Assembly: GCA_964016885.1 (NCBI GenBank)
Contig: OZ024742.1
Span: 345,340,001-345,404,000, forward strand
Length of the DNA: 64,000 bases
Reading direction: 5' to 3'
DNA from: Eledone cirrhosa
Lineage: Eukaryota
Shown: positions 13,391-28,045 of the stretch, piece by piece
Layout of the letters: the number at the start of each line of letters is the position of its first letter
Position numbering within the stretch: position 1 is the first letter of the stretch
Translations under genes and position numbers: made by a program
Notes under the pieces: model-generated
What the model was told of the DNA's origin: nothing
The model's input: only the letters and a program-made list of their open reading frames with translations
Databases searched by the model: none

Positions 13391-14857
13391 TTAAATTTAA
13401 GATGTTGTATACAGCAAGCTAGATGTTAGTTTAAGTATCAGAAGAAACTAACATAGAGATCATGTGATTGGTTACACAGAATAAGCTACACGTAGTGCGA
13501 CTGTTTAGACAAAAGAAGCTATAGGTAAATATGTTTGGTTACACAAAAAAATTTATAGATCAGTGTGAGTGGTTAGACAAAATGGATGACTGAACACGTG
13601 TGATTCTCTCCCTTTTTTTCTCATTTATTTCCCCGTTTCTTCCTCTTCTCATTCTCTATATTTCTATTTTCTCTTATTATTTCTAACTCTATCTGCTGAT
13701 GAAGGTCTAGTGTTCGAAAACTTAAGACTCTTTTCCTGCTATTTCAAGTGGTAAACTAATATATTTCTTCAATGTACTGTGTCGTTAGCTTTGTTATTTC
13801 TGTTTAATTTTTACATACATACATAGGTAAGCTTGTGTAACTAATCAATAGTTAGAGTGAGAGACTACACAAAACAAGCTCTAAGTTAGTTAAAGGGGCT
13901 TAACGTATTAAGCTTAAACAACGCATGCTCCTGCTCAATTTTAGGGGCTACAGAAAAGTAAATAGAGATAGATTATTTTGAGTGATTGTAAAGACGGAAT
14001 CAGCGATCAGCTGATCGTGTCAATTACAAACGTTTCATTGGGATGACATTCTCATTAAGCTTTCACCATGCAATACAATATCTACAAACAATGGACACAT
14101 TTGATGCTAACACTGCACACACAAAATTATAGATTATGCATTGTGGGCTATTAACGTAGTTAATGTAGCAAGTTTAAACAATTTATTTGAGATGAAAAGA
14201 AAATAATTAGCGTTAATGATAATTCTTGTTACAAAAGCCAAGGGAGAAAACTCGGAAGCCTAAATTGAGATAAAGTTTGATGTGGACATACTGTAATAAG
14301 TGAGTTTGATATTTGATAATTACCATAGCATCTCCGAATATATTTCGGTCTTATGCCTCAATAACGAGTCGTTAATGTGTCAGAAGTGAAGGCGTGTGGC
14401 TGAGTGGTTAGAGAATCGGATTCACAATCTTGAGGTTGTGAGTTCGATTCCTGGACCGACAGATGCGTTCTGTTCTTGAGAAAGACACTTTATTTCACGT
14501 TTCTCCTTCTACCTGGAGTTGCGACCGATAGATAGTATTAGCAACTAGAAAGGCCGACGGAAAAATTGTTTCCTCGGTCCGATTTGACGAAAGTCGATGG
14601 ATCCTTTTTAATGTGTCAGAGTCTTGTTTGTTCCTTTTAATTTCCCATTTATCTATTGTTATTGCTCGTATTTATCCGAATCCTCTAGCATGTGTTATGT
14701 AGCTAACAGAAACATGTGTACCACAGCTGCATGCACACAGTGTAAAGCAATCGCATGACTCCAGTGAGAGTGTCTTTACCCTACACTAAATATTTAAGGA
14801 AACTTCTTTAATTAGAGAAGAATCCAGCTGTGAATTTTAATGGAGTGACTATTAGTT

Positions 14858-15045
14858 TGGTGGATTGGCAGTATCGGTAGAGGGTCGGACGCCATGCTTT
14901 GACACATAGTGTTACGGCCCTTGACATCTGAGTTCAAATCCCGCCGAGGTTAACTTTGCCTTTCATCCTTACGGGGTCGATAAAATAAAGTACCAGTAAT
15001 ACACTGGATAAAGGCTGGCTTTGTGCCAAAAGTAGAAACAATTAT
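14858..15045 (+). mobile_element. Deu/Nin-domain SINE
   Basis: Close match to the 9290 copy. Confidence 0.9.
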
Positions 15046-15407
15046 TTAAATAACTGGCTCCCTGCCGTAAAGAAATGACGACTAATTGTAGAATCGACCA
15101 TATAAAAAGGGTTTGACTTTCTCTCGCTAAACGACGTTTCCTTTCAATTGCACTCTCCATTACTGAAACCAACTTAAACTCGTACGACTTAAAACCACAA
15201 AGCAGGCCGTGACTTATATTTGATGTAAAAACTCCATATTTAAAATGCATTACATACATTTCTTAATATAAATATATTAGGTACTTGACTGAGCTGTTAA
15301 ATTAAGGGTAGATGTGCATTTGTATAAACCGTTCAACTGCAGTCGTTTTATATTCTTGATAATTCTAATTTATTCCGATATTGCTAGGTATTTGGCTCCT
15401 TGAACTA

Positions 15408-15590
15408 CACATACACACACTCACACACACATACACTCAGACGCACAAACACACATACACTCACACACACATACACTCAGACACACATACACTCAGACAC
15501 ACATACACTCAGACACACATACACTCACACACATATACACTCAGACACACACTCACACATACACTCAGACACACACACATTCACACATGT
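15408..15590 (+). repeat. (CACATACACTCAGA-CA) ~16-bp CA-rich minisatellite
   Basis: acacatacactcagac is repeated. Confidence 0.85.
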
Positions 15591-15857
15591 GTAGCCAATC
15601 TAAGAAAGCTTGTTGAAAATAATAAGTACATACACACACATCTACAAAGACATATACATAAACATGCTCATTAGAGATAATAATTATTAAATGAACATAT
15701 AAGTGTGTGAGTATGTGTATATGCATGGGCGTGTGTGTGTTTGCATATGTATACATTTATATGTATAACACAGGTGTAGAGAACGCTGTTCTCTGCTTTC
15801 TATAATTGTCACAGTCCCTTTCCTTCCACACTCATCACAGCGTGACGGACAATCACT

Positions 15858-16055
15858 AATTTAAGCACAAGGTCAGCAATTTTGATTATATCGACCCCAC
15901 TACTTGATTTCATTGTTATTTTATCTTATCGACCTTGGAAGAATGAAAGGAAAAGTTGATCTCGGCTGGAGTGAAGCTCAGGATGTAAACAGCTGGAAGT
16001 AAATATCACAAGGCATTTAGTTCGGCGCTCTAACGATTCTGCCGATCCTCCACCG
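15858..16055 (-). mobile_element. Deu/Nin-domain SINE (older copy)
   Basis: gcacaaggtcagcaattt..tcgacccc...gaatgaaaggaaaagttgatctcggc. Confidence 0.75.
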
Positions 16056-16132
16056 TGATCGTAATTATTAATTAATAAAGCAGTTATATGTGGGTTTTCT
16101 GTCAAACATTCTTATTATATATATGTTCTTTA

Positions 16133-16354
16133 GGGCGATGGATTGGCAGTATCGGTAGGGCATCGGACAACATGCTTTGTAGCATAGAGTTACGGCCCTT
16201 TATGATCTGAGTTCAAATCCCCACCGAGGTTAACTTTGCCTTTCATCCTTACGGAAGTCGATAAAATAAAGTACCAGTGATGCACTGGGGTCGATTTAAT
16301 CGACTTTTCTCTCCCCCAAAATTGCTGGCCTTGTGCCTAAATAAGAAACCATTA
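16133..16354 (+). mobile_element. Deu/Nin-domain SINE, full-length form
   Basis: gggcgatggattggcagtatcggtag...ctggggtcgatttaatcgact...ccccaaaattgctggccttgtgcct. Confidence 0.9.
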
Positions 16355-17769
16355 TATATATGTTCTTTATGAAGGTGTGGTGGTGAAGGTACAGGTGGGA
16401 TTCAACAGGTCAGTAATTTAATTTAATTCACTTGGTTAAAACACATTAGACATTACACAAAGTAGAGTTACATTGAATATATGTAATATAAAAGCAGACA
16501 CACTAAAGTGATATTTTGTATCGGCGTTGTATGATCTGTGTTCAAATCCAACAGAGACATCATCTTTTATTCATTAAATTCTTCTATTGATGGAATTGAA
16601 TTTAAAGATATTTTTCTATATTTATTAGAGTGATTAAAATTATTAATAGTAATGAAAGATATAATCCTCTGGCTGTTAAGCTAATCTATATTGATTCTTT
16701 TTAATTTTCGTAGATAATAACATTTCTATGTGTGCATTAATACTACAGTAATCCTCTCATAATAAAAGTAGAGGTTTTCTAGCTGAATATGTTTAAGGGA
16801 AATGTGCTAACTGTCTTAACTAAAGAATTACTGTTACATTATCTGCTATAAATTTACCAAATCTTGTCACCTCGAACAAACAAAATTAAAAAACAGGGAA
16901 TTAAGTGACATAAATAATTATTTTACGACGTGTTAGGGTGATTAAATTTAATCTGATTTGAATATTGTCAGTGCGCGAATGACGAAGGAATTTATGCAGT
17001 TTCGGCAGGTTTAAACTTTAAATTTATATAGAGAATTGCTTTGTTTGCTGTCAGCTATATTTATCTGTCCCATACAGAAACCACTTTACATAAACCTAGA
17101 AATATGGTTAACTGCCGACCAATCTTCTCCCATCACCACAGAGTATTTCTTTTTAGTAACAAAATTACATAAAATTCCTTCTGGTTGTAAATAGGAAATT
17201 ACAGTGTCTCACAATAACCAGTTGGATCTCTTTATAACTGTTAAAGAGAGGACGATGAATTGGCAAAGTTGTTCGAATATCTGATATAATGCTTTGTAGC
17301 ATTTGTTTCGGCTCTTTACTTTCTGAGGTTGAATCATGCCGAGGTCAATTTTCCCGTTCATTCATCTGGATTCAATAAAATAAAGTACCACCCGTGGAAA
17401 TCTTATCCTAAATTCAGATAGTATTACGGAGGCAGTGACGGTGGGAGTTTAGTTCTTTTGTGTTCAAACCTGGTGTGCATGTGTATGTTTCAAGGAGATA
17501 CACTCACGCATAAACACCTTTAAGACAAAGAGTCATATTTGTTCTAGATCTTTATGTTCTGAGTTCAAATCACATCGAGGTCAATTTTGCCTTTCACCCA
17601 CCTGAAGTTCATAAAATACAGTCCCAATGAAGTACTGAGGTATATATGATGAACTTTGGCCTATTTCTAAAATATCTGATTTTGTGTCTAACTTAAAAAA
17701 CATTCTATATCTGACAGGTGTTTCATTAGATTCCCTAGTTGGCGAATAATTATTCAGTAATAGTGGAAT

Positions 17770-17953
17770 CAGTGCCGGATTTACCATTGGGCTTAGGTAT
17801 GCTTAAGCACAGGACCCCGTTGGCCAGGTGTGTATGCAGGAGGGGGGGGGGGGCATATTCCTGCCAAAAACCTTTTTACGATGAATTTTTCGAGTGTTTG
17901 GGGCCTCATAACTTAACTATCACAGGGCCTCATTTGTCCTAAATCCGACCCTG
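17770..17953. mobile_element. hAT-type MITE
   Basis: TIRs cagtgccggattta / taaatccgaccctg; flanks gtggaat / aaggaat resemble a decayed TSD. Confidence 0.65.
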
Positions 17954-18464
17954 AAGGAATAGATAACAACAACAAACCTGAGAGCCAATGAGGAACTATT
18001 TATTTGGTCATTCGAACAAGTGAGGTTGCATAAAATTTGATGCACTATTTCTAAATAAAATATGGGATGGTCACAAATGGAATAGCTTTGATATAGGCTT
18101 AACAAAACAAAACAATTCAATTCCAGTATATATATGTATAAACCTATAAATCTTGATGGATTCTTAGGGACGCCATAGTAACATACGACGTTTCTTAGGC
18201 ATTTTAAACCTGATGTAGAGTATCATCTCTTTAGATCTGACACTGCTTATTTCTCCGAGAGAGATAGAGATAGAGATAGAGAGAGAATATTAAAGAGATA
18301 TAAAGGAAGAATTGACATCCTTCTCTTCTTATTTATATAATTTGTAGTCGTCCTTTCAGCCAGATATGTCCTTCTTTTCCCCATCCGCTTTTTTTGTCAT
18401 TTCATAATTTTGTTTTTATCCTTTTTTCTTAATATCTTCCATCATTATATTATTTTTGTGGCCG

Positions 18465-18632
18465 TAGATTGGCACAACATGCCATGCAGCATAGAGTTAG
18501 TGTCCTTTACGTTCTGAGTTCAAATCCTGCCGAGGTTAACTTTGCATTTCATCCTTACGGGTTCGATAAAATAAAGTACCAGTAATGCACTGGAGAAATT
18601 GCTAGCCTTGTGCCAAAAGTAGAAACAATTAT
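18465..18632 (+). mobile_element. Deu/Nin-domain SINE; further decayed copies at 17250-17395(+), 17545-17640(+), 18670-18800(-), 19420-19500(+), 21130-21468(-, two) and 40600-40730(-)
   Basis: Shared B box and gcctttcatcc...tcgataaaataaagtacc motif. Confidence 0.8.
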
Positions 18633-19119
18633 ATTACTTTTGTTTGTAAAATATAACTGACTTAATATTTATCGCACTCGAGAGGATAAAAAGCAAAACT
18701 GACGTTGGTAGGACTTGAACTCAGAGAATAGAAAGTTGAAACACGTATCATAACGAACTCTAGCTGACGCTCTAATGACACTGCCAATTCGCTGTCCTCA
18801 ATTCCAATATATTTTTCATTAAAATCAAGTCATTCGGTGACATCCCAATAATCTGGCTAGTTACACAAATATTTCTTATTAAAATATACTGAAAAGAACG
18901 TAGCTGATACTCGGATCGGACGAAGGAAAAAATGCTTTCATTGGCCTTTCTATTATTAATATTATCAATACTATCTAAAGGTAGAACTGTCACAATTTTT
19001 TCTGTAACCGGAAGCAGGATTTCAACTCAGAATGTACAGACCAGTAAGACCAGATATCTCAAGTCAATTTATTCCTACTTGAGACATAGTGTATGTCAGA
19101 TTACATTGCTCTAAGAGAT

Positions 19120-19410
19120 AGATGGATGGTAAGGTATGATTTAAAAGAAAATTTGTTTACTATTTCTAGTAAGTGGAATGGTCACTATAAGTTCTCCGGT
19201 TGTATGTCCGTACAATGCCACCCTATATCTATAGGGCAGAAATGACTATGACTGATTTGGGATAATATTTAACTATTATTTCTAGTAGGTCTAATGGCCA
19301 CATATAACTTCCCTTGTCTTGTGTCCATCTATAACGTCTCTTCTATACCTTTAGCATAGAATGGAATACTGTTTGATTTGAGGGGAAAATTGACTACTAT
19401 TTCTACTACG
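19120..19410 (+). repeat. Three diverged ~120-bp tandem copies (gattt...actatttctag...)
   Basis: tgattt..aa.tt.actatttcta recurs near 19140, 19255 and 19375. Confidence 0.55.
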
Positions 19411-19748
19411 TCATAAAAGTATGAGGGATTGACAGAGTCGGTAGAGCGACGGACAAATGCTGAGTGATATTTGTTCTGACTCTTTACGTTCTGAGTTCAA
19501 AGTGAAGAATGAGAATTAGTTTTAAAAGAAATATAGAAGGATGTGTCTCCACAGCAGCCTAGTTACATATTTTACTTTACATCATATTAGGTAAATGAAT
19601 TTTGACAAGACAGATTCTGGTTCATTGCATTTGTTATGGAGAGAGTGTCTAGGACTTGTCTAGCCAACTCCAGGCTGTATAAATTACATTTTATGTGCAT
19701 ACATATATATATATATATATATATACATATATATATCTGTAAGTATGT

Positions 19749-19788
<40 letters not shown>

Positions 19789-20081
19789 GGCTCGGAAAAA
19801 TCTTTTTCCTAGAGCTAATTTACTGTAATGAGACTATTTTGAGTTTCTAACTCGATACATGCTTTGGATATATATATATATATATATGTGTGTTGTGTGT
19901 ATGCATATACATACATACATACATATATATAAATATATATATAAACATATATATATATATATACATATTCAGAGAGAGATAGGGAGAGAGAAAGATATAG
20001 ATAGAAAGGTAGATAAAAAGATAGACAGATGGAAAGATAGATATATCCATACATAAATAATAATAGGTATATATACATGTG

Positions 20082-20140
<59 letters not shown>

Positions 20141-20439
20141 ATACATATATATGTGGGGGAGGGGGGCGTCAGTTTTCTAAGCCTTGTAACGTGGAGCTTT
20201 AACAAAAAGAGATAAATAACATTGTTCCTGACGTCAAAACAGATGAACTGGTGTTGACATGATTGGCTAACTCGTTTCAAAGAGATACCCCAACATGGCT
20301 ACGGTATAATAACTGAGACCAGTAAAAAAAAAAAAAATTAAATAATATCATTTGGATTTTAGAATTATTTGCTGGGTGTCAGAATATAATTCTTGCTATA
20401 CCGCTGGTATTCGAGATCATATTCGACTGATCATGATCT

Positions 20440-20705
20440 TTATGGAAATTATTGACATGTTTGCAGCTGGAATCGAAATGGTATGAAAAGTGGTGGATTA
20501 GTTGGCTAGTATTTCCAGACGACATGGTGCTACTTAGAACGTTAGAGGTTCACCTCCGACGTCACTGGTTTGCTGCTGATTACCGAAAGGCGTGTGTGAA
20601 AATCAGTGTTGGGAAGTATGAGACATTCGTCGTCTCCTAAAATAAGTTATGTAGTTACAATCATGTATCTTGGGACCCTTTTCTCGAGTGATGACAGGCA
20701 TATGA
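20440..20705 (+). mobile_element. Decayed LINE RT fragment (RTE-like)
   Basis: LVFPDDMVLL...KISVGKYETFV...YLGTLFSSD resembles FADD...KT..M...YLG. Confidence 0.5.
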
Positions 20706-22015
20706 CTGAAATATATATATATATATACTTAATTCATATTAACAAACACTTATTTCATATTCACTGTGGTATGTTTCCATAAGGAATGCTATTTTATGGA
20801 TATAACAGAATTCTGCTCATAAGTTAAACGGATAAAAGAATATATATGCTCACAAAACCCAATGAAATTGTAGTCTTGTTAGAGTGTAAACTAAAGTACC
20901 TTGTAGATTATGTCCCAGCACTTTCTATTGCATGTTCAAATTCCAACAAAGTTAAACTAACTTTTGGGGATTAGTATAGAAGCTGAAATTCAAATCAAGA
21001 AGAAAAACCACCGAAGGGCAAATGTCATTGATAACGTCACAGAATGTGCGACGAAAGAGCTTTGTTAATTAGCTAAATAGTTGATTGCTTGATTACCAGT
21101 AGTGAATAGATTAATCACTTGAATAATAATTATTTCTTATTGAGGCTCAATGCCAGAAATTTGTGGAAGGGGAGTAAATCAATCCAGAAGGCTAAAAGGG
21201 ATAGTTGACTTCAGCGGGATTTGAATTCACGATGGAAAGAGTCGAAATAAATACTGCAAAACATTTTGTCTAACGCGCTAACGATGTGCTAATGCACCAA
21301 CCTGCTTGATAATAGCTTCTGATTTAGGTACAAAGCCAACAATTTTGGGAGAGGAGAAAGTCGATTAACTCGACCTCAGTGCATTAATGGTACTTTATTT
21401 TATCATCGATATTTTGAATAAAGGAGCATAACTATATGCCTCAACGGATACTGCCAACCCATCGCCCTAATTACCTTATTAAATAATAACAACAGAATTG
21501 AGACTCAATTGATGTCCTTGTTCTAATTGTCAGCATTACGCTCTCAAATTATAGCAATGTCGCTATCAACAAAATATTTCACATCACAAATCTTGAAATA
21601 TTTATACAAAGGACGAAGAATATAAAATAGAATCTATGACGTCATTTTAGCGAAATTATTAACATGTTGGGCTTGATAGTTTGTGCTGTAAGTTCTCTCT
21701 CTTTTCACTCTGAGCTCAATGTTTTCTTCCTATGAGCGGCCGCCTCGTACAGAGGAATGGTGCCGTTGCGACTATGGAAGGCTACAAATGTCAAACGGAA
21801 TAAGTGGAGTCAAACGGAATGAGTGGAGTAACATCTTAATCGTATCAACACAAGAACAAACGGCTATTTTCTGGATAGTTAATGAATAAACGTTCTTTTA
21901 AAACTCACATTCAAAATTCTCATTTAAATGCAAGTAAATCTAATTCTGTTAATCTATTCACTGATAAAATAGTATATGATAGTGCACATACTTAAATATA
22001 GAATGTTACGCGATG

Positions 22016-22538
22016 GGGCCCCCACAGCCCCGGCTGACAGGATGGAGAAGGCGTTCCCCCGGAGGAGGGCAAGGAAGATTCCATGGAAAAGCCACTCCAA
22101 CTCGCGGCGTTCACACCTGCGGCTGGCCAGCTCAGCGCTCATGGTGGTGAGTAGGGAGGTAGCCCTTGGGCCGAGGACATCAGAAGTCTCCACTGCCAAG
22201 AGTACAACCGCAAACCTGTCGGAGAGCGACTGGTATTTGAGGAGCTTGGCCTCCTCAGCCCGACGTGTATCAGAACCTGGGTTAGTCGCAGACTGCACCA
22301 GGTTGCGGCTGCAGAAAGTGTCGGTGCAAGAAGCATCCCAGACGAGGGGTTTGCCACCACGAAACGGAAAGATGGTCATGCCATCTGGCTTTTTGCCGTC
22401 CCCTCGGTCCATCCCCACCGACTCGAGCTGGGAAGGGAAACCCGCAGCGTCCAAGCCATGCTTTATGACCTCGTTGAGGGCAACATGGCGTGGAAGGCGG
22501 CCGGCACTGTGACGACAGGAAAGCGGGTGGAGGCTGAA
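22016..22538 (-). mobile_element. CRE-clade non-LTR retrotransposon 3' segment (zinc-knuckle end plus restriction-like endonuclease)
   Basis: ORF HPLSCRHSAGRLPRHVALNEVI...[25 protein letters not shown]...AEEAKLLKY...AVETS...RGNAFSIL carries the RH, PD-x-D and K..KY motifs of an RLE. Confidence 0.8.
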
Positions 22539-24304
22539 TATATGTATATGTACCAACCACAAACTGTTTTAATATTTATGCAACAATATACAAGTATAAG
22601 TTTGTGTAAGTGTGTTTGGTTTCTTGTGGGCGTTCCTTCTTGAAGAGCTGACTGGTTGAAGCTGAAATATTTAAATTCGGGAAATGTTTTTCATGATACT
22701 GTTTTTGTGATTAAATAATATAATTAAGTTAACGCGTTAGCTTTGCATTAGCAATGTTTTAAAATTCATGAAGCTACGGCTGGTATGAAGCTAATGTATT
22801 TATATTCTTGCTTCAATTCATACGAGGTCTCCTAGTTGATTATATTTTCTAGTTCAATAGATATTGTTTACATTAAAGATCCATTCATACATATTGATTG
22901 TCAAATCATTATTGTCATAGTTCCAAATTATTTCAGTGCTGAGATGCGATTTGATATGGAAGGACATTCAACTGCGGTCTAGCTGTTAACGCAGCAATCA
23001 TTAATTCAAGGAAATATTGTTACACACTTTTAGATTCCAGAGAAGTAAAGAGAGAAGTGAGAAAATGTTATGGAGGAAGAAGCGACCTTATTATTGAACT
23101 GGTCGTTTATTGATAGAACTCGTAAGGTCTAACAAAATAGTTCTTTAAAAAAATGAAATGAAAGGGCCATCTAGAGAGATTGGCGTGTATCATCACAGAT
23201 CTATAATTGGAACATCACAGATCTATAATTGCCCTTAATTCTATGAGCAGGTGCACTTGAGCAGGTGCATATGATTTCAATCTCACAGCCGTATTCTGTG
23301 TGTAGACCTAGTCACTCATGTCATATTTAGACACATTTATCGAACTTTTAACCAATCTAATAGATCTAATAGAGCGAACTATTGTCTTATCCAATATCAC
23401 CTCCAATAACAAGAGGTACTTTAAAAAGTGGTGGAGGTCTTTGTTGAATGTTGAGTGTTTGTTCTCGTAGGAGGGACACATTGAGTAATATATTCATAGA
23501 GATACAAGATTATCTGGATGTACACGGCTGGAACCTCTTTGATCGCATGACCCCGTTTGTTCAAAGATGAGTTTAGGCTAAACAACAACAACAATAACAA
23601 CAAAAGAGACACATGACAATGCAATCATTGATCTTTAAAAAAACCCTAACATTTCAATTGTGAGTAGAAGGTTATTAATCATAGATCTTCTAGAGCAGGG
23701 ATGACCTATGGTTAAAGAAAAATAACAAGGCATTATAAAGAGTAAATTATAATTATAGGCCCGAGAGAAAATAAAGGGGGTGATCAGAGCCGAAACTCGC
23801 TCATATGGCTGCTCAGTCAGTGCTGAACCAAGGATGTAAAAGAATGACAACTTATTATATAATAGAAATATGGTTGTAATTTCAACAACTAAACATTGCT
23901 GACCATACAATATGTTTTGTATGGAAGATTTTACATTTAAATTTCGAAGTTCTTTCAGGCAGTTACTTAGGTAAATGAGAATATTATTTATTCTATAAGA
24001 TTATACCTGCAAACAGCATGTGGTTTCGTTAATAATGCTGATTCATATAATCTTGCGGCGCTTTAGAAAAGGAAAGAACTGAAATATGTCGCTATTTACA
24101 TTAAAAGTGTGTTCGTAGAAAATTCTGGTATTACAAATTATTAAAATGCGTTTATGCATAAATTCTATAAAATATTTCGCATCGTTCCCTCTCTTCTTTC
24201 TCTATCTAACTACCTCCTTCTCCCCCCTCTCTCTCTCTCTCTGTCTCTCTCTCTCTATATATATATGTGTGTATATATGTAATTATATGACTATATATAT
24301 ACAT

Positions 24305-24335
<31 letters not shown>

Positions 24336-24351
24336 CATATAGATATGTGTG

Positions 24352-24436
<85 letters not shown>

Positions 24437-25456
24437 TGTGTGTGTGTGTGTGCGTGTATGTATATATATATAGGTGAACACGTGTTTTCATACAAAAAAG
24501 ATCGTTAATGCGTGAAGACATCGTCGAACAAGTAAATTTTCTTATTTCATTGTATGTTTCTTTTAGTAATGTAACTCACAGTTTCTTCCCTCCGACTGTT
24601 TAAGCAATTAAAACAGAGGTAATGACACCGTATAAACAAAAATGTTGGGAAACACATCGGAATATTATTAGTCAACAGAAAAGAAACGTTAGATACTTTA
24701 TCACATAATCATCAAATTATTTCTAATTAGTGAGAAGAGGCGATATTTTCATGTATGAAAGAAAGAAGCCCTTTGGCTACCGTTGGAGTCGTAGGTTCTC
24801 CCTTTTGACATACGGCGTATCTTTATTTGTTTACACATTTCAGTAGGGAAAACATTTCCGTTATTGGATTCTGGCCCTGCTAGTTACCTTTCTCGAATAT
24901 ACATTTTTTGCTTCCTTTATTACAGACCCTTCATGTTTTGATACTAGTTTTCGCCATCCAATCCTTTGTCTGTTTTCACTACGAAATAAGACATATGATG
25001 ACAGTCTTAATTGACAGTTGACATTGTTAAACTACAGCCGCCTTCTTTACTAGGGAATACAAAGGATCTACAACCGCATTGGGGTAATGCATAGGAAGAT
25101 ACATATCGTACATTGTCAGTGGATTTCGGGTTGTCACATAGGTTTTGTTAATTTCCGATAGTGACCAATTAATAATGTTGAAGCCGTGTGTAATTACAAG
25201 TCTGTTGTTGTTGTTGTTACAGCTTACACCTATGCAGGTCTAGCTGGCCTCCTCCAAGGTATATCTCGTTGGAGGTGTCTTGGGTGATTTAATGATAGGG
25301 ACCCCAGTCCTATTATCTCATTTCTACAGCTGAGTAAACTGGAGCAACGTGAAATAAAGTGTCTTGCTCAAGGAAACAACACATCACCCGTTCCGAAAAT
25401 TGAACTCACAACCTTTCGATTGCAAATCCAATGCTCTAACCACTAAGCCATGCGCC

Positions 25457-25912
25457 AATTACAGGTATGGCTAGGGTACTAATGACTTCTATTTTCTTCC
25501 TGGCATTTGATTCATTCTTCAGAGAGATTCTAACACTTCGATAACATTCTCGTCTTATTTTTCTCTCATTAAAGGAATATTTAATTCTGTCTACCTCACA
25601 GACACCTAGATACTTATAACTGCCATTTCATTCTAATTATATCATTGTGATATCCTTATCAAATATAATATTGTTGGTGACAAATAATATCCCTTTAACA
25701 AAAGAAGCTTTGACACATTTATCGAGCCCGAATACCATTTTGGTGTCATCAGTAAATTGTTTTACACTCTAAAGTTCTTGTAGTTGCTGATCGTCTTTTT
25801 ACAAAACGTTTCATGGTTTTATGTTATCCAAAAAGAAATGATGTTTTGGGGTTTTCTTTCATAAATCTTATATCTAGCTTCATTTAGTAATTTGTTTAGG
25901 GGAATCAGAGCC
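25457..25912 (-). mobile_element. R4/Dong-clade LINE RT fragment (decayed)
   Basis: Minus-strand translation, with stops and frameshifts: ALIPLNKLLN...FFLDNIK...FTDDTKMVFGLDKCVKASFVKG...YKYLGVCE...KIRRECYRSVRISLKNESNARKKIEVISTLAIPVI. Confidence 0.75.
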
Positions 25913-26604
25913 ATGCCGAAGACGACTGGGAAATATGGGCTTCGATTCCTCATAGAGACCGATGGTAACTTCTTCTTCCGTATTTAACCCTATTTTATAA
26001 ACTATTTTATAGCATCTCTGCGCATGAGCAGACCATTCTTTATATTTACTTTATCCCCTCAGTGCTTCGTAAAATATCCGAGAGATAGGCTACTTATACA
26101 CGATGTTTGTTGACATATAAAAGCTGTGATTCTGCTATCTGATTTTAAATGGTAACAGTTGTCACGGTCCTTTGAATTAATGGTATAAAGAGCCTAGCAG
26201 GTATCTGGGAGAAATATGGTTCGATCCTCATAACGGCCAATGATAACCTCTTTCTTTGTCTTCAAGGGTATTTACCTTATTTTAGAGCATCTTTGCGCAT
26301 GAGCAAATCAAGCCGAGTGTCAACCTGGCACTAAAGGTAAAAAATTTACAATAAATTGACATACAAATGATGCCATAACGGCATAAACAACATTAAATGT
26401 CTTTGCAAGGTATTTAAATTGATAATGTCCTTCTGAAGACATGGACAGGACCAGTTAGTACAATTTTCTGTATCTCTTGCAGAGATGGCTTTCCATGTAT
26501 CTGATCCAAATATTTTTCAGTTCTCTTTTTTATCATTCCAAGTGCGCCGACTATCCCTGGTATTACACAGGCCTTAAGATCTCACATTTTATCATTATTA
26601 TTGT

Positions 26605-26790
26605 TGATTGGCAGTATCGGTAGAGGGTTGGACGCCATGCTTTGCGGGCAAAGAGTTACGGCCCTTTATGGTCTGAGTTCAAATCCCGCCGAGATTAACG
26701 TTGCCTTTCATCCTTACGGGGTCGGTAAAATAAAGTACCAGTAATACACTGGAATAATTGCTGGCCTTGTGTCAAAAGTGAAACAATTAT
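26605..26790 (+). mobile_element. Deu/Nin-domain SINE
   Basis: Close match to the 9290 copy. Confidence 0.9.
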
Positions 26791-27739
26791 TGTTATAAGT
26801 CTTATTGTTATTGCACATCGTCACTGCATTACCGAATGCAGCTGTGTGCGCCTTGGGCATGTGCAGTGTGGTTTTGGTGGTGTTATTTCTATCATATTGA
26901 GAGTATGTTTTGCAATATGTCTGCAATTCCTAGAAGTGCTATTTTGTGTATGATATATATATTTGTAAGTCCTAGGGTTTTGGTTATGTATCTGCCTGTG
27001 TGTTGTTTTTATCCTTATTGTTACTCTAACATCTGAGGAGTGGAATATAATGCTTAAAGTAGCTGTGTCGAGGTAGTTATTTTGGGTTATTGAAGTTCTT
27101 AGCAATTTTGAGAAGAGGTCTAATGAGACGTAACACACTAGTTACGAAGCAATTCACAAATACCGTTTGTTGTAATGGCAGAAGTAGCCCAGTATGAACA
27201 TTAAATACTTTCAAAAAGTGATTAATTAATTGCTCTAGTATCTTGGAATATTTTTTTCATTGATTTCATGGATAGAATTTGTATTAACTCCCATGAATGA
27301 ATCATAGCTTAATTATTGTAAAAGGTTTTTATCTTGAAAAAAAAATTTTTCAGATATGAAAAAAAGACGAAAATTTAAAAAATGAGAAAATGTAAAAATA
27401 TAAAAAAAGATGAAGAGGACGTTTAAAAAAGGAAAACTAAGGAAGAAAAAAAAAAAATTAAAATTAAATGAAAAACCTGAAGAAAAATACGAAAAATAAA
27501 GAAAAAGTAGAAATTTTAAAGTAAAGAAAACAAAAAAAAGGAAGAAAATGAAACAAGATTAAACAGAAATTGGAATAGTAAATTCTTTATTGTTCGGAAA
27601 TAATCAATAAAATAATTATTAAAGATCTAGAAATATCATTCCAATAGAGTGGCTTTAGTTGAAAGTATTTTACAGCAATTGATCTCGCTCTACAATGATT
27701 TATTATTGATATAGATGACATTCCTGCCATATACAGATA

Positions 27740-28045
27740 ATATAGACTTGTATATAATTGAATATATGAAAGGCCACCAGATGTCTACCTTCGAAGTAAA
27801 TACTTCAAGGAATGCCAGATGTAGACCTTTGTGGTGAATACTTTATCAATAGTCTACATAACTGAATATAAGAAAGTGGCCAGATGTATACCTGAGGAGT
27901 AAATACATCATCAAGACTATATAACTAAATATAAGAAACGTGGCCAGATGTACACCTGAGGAGTAAATACTTTATCAAGACTCTACATAACTAAATAAAA
28001 GAAAGGTCGCAAGATGTACACCTTAAGAGTAAATAGGTTATCAAA
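27740..28045 (+). repeat. ~64-bp minisatellite (ccagatgtacacctgaggagtaaatac...), about 5 copies
   Basis: cagatgt recurs near 27778, 27816, 27881 and 27945, with aagatgt at 28011. Confidence 0.8.

Noticed and set aside
16637-16750. Two possible small exons (VIKIINSNERYNPLA / NNISMCALIL)
   Set aside because: Donor sites are weak or absent, and such frames are expected by chance in AT-rich DNA.
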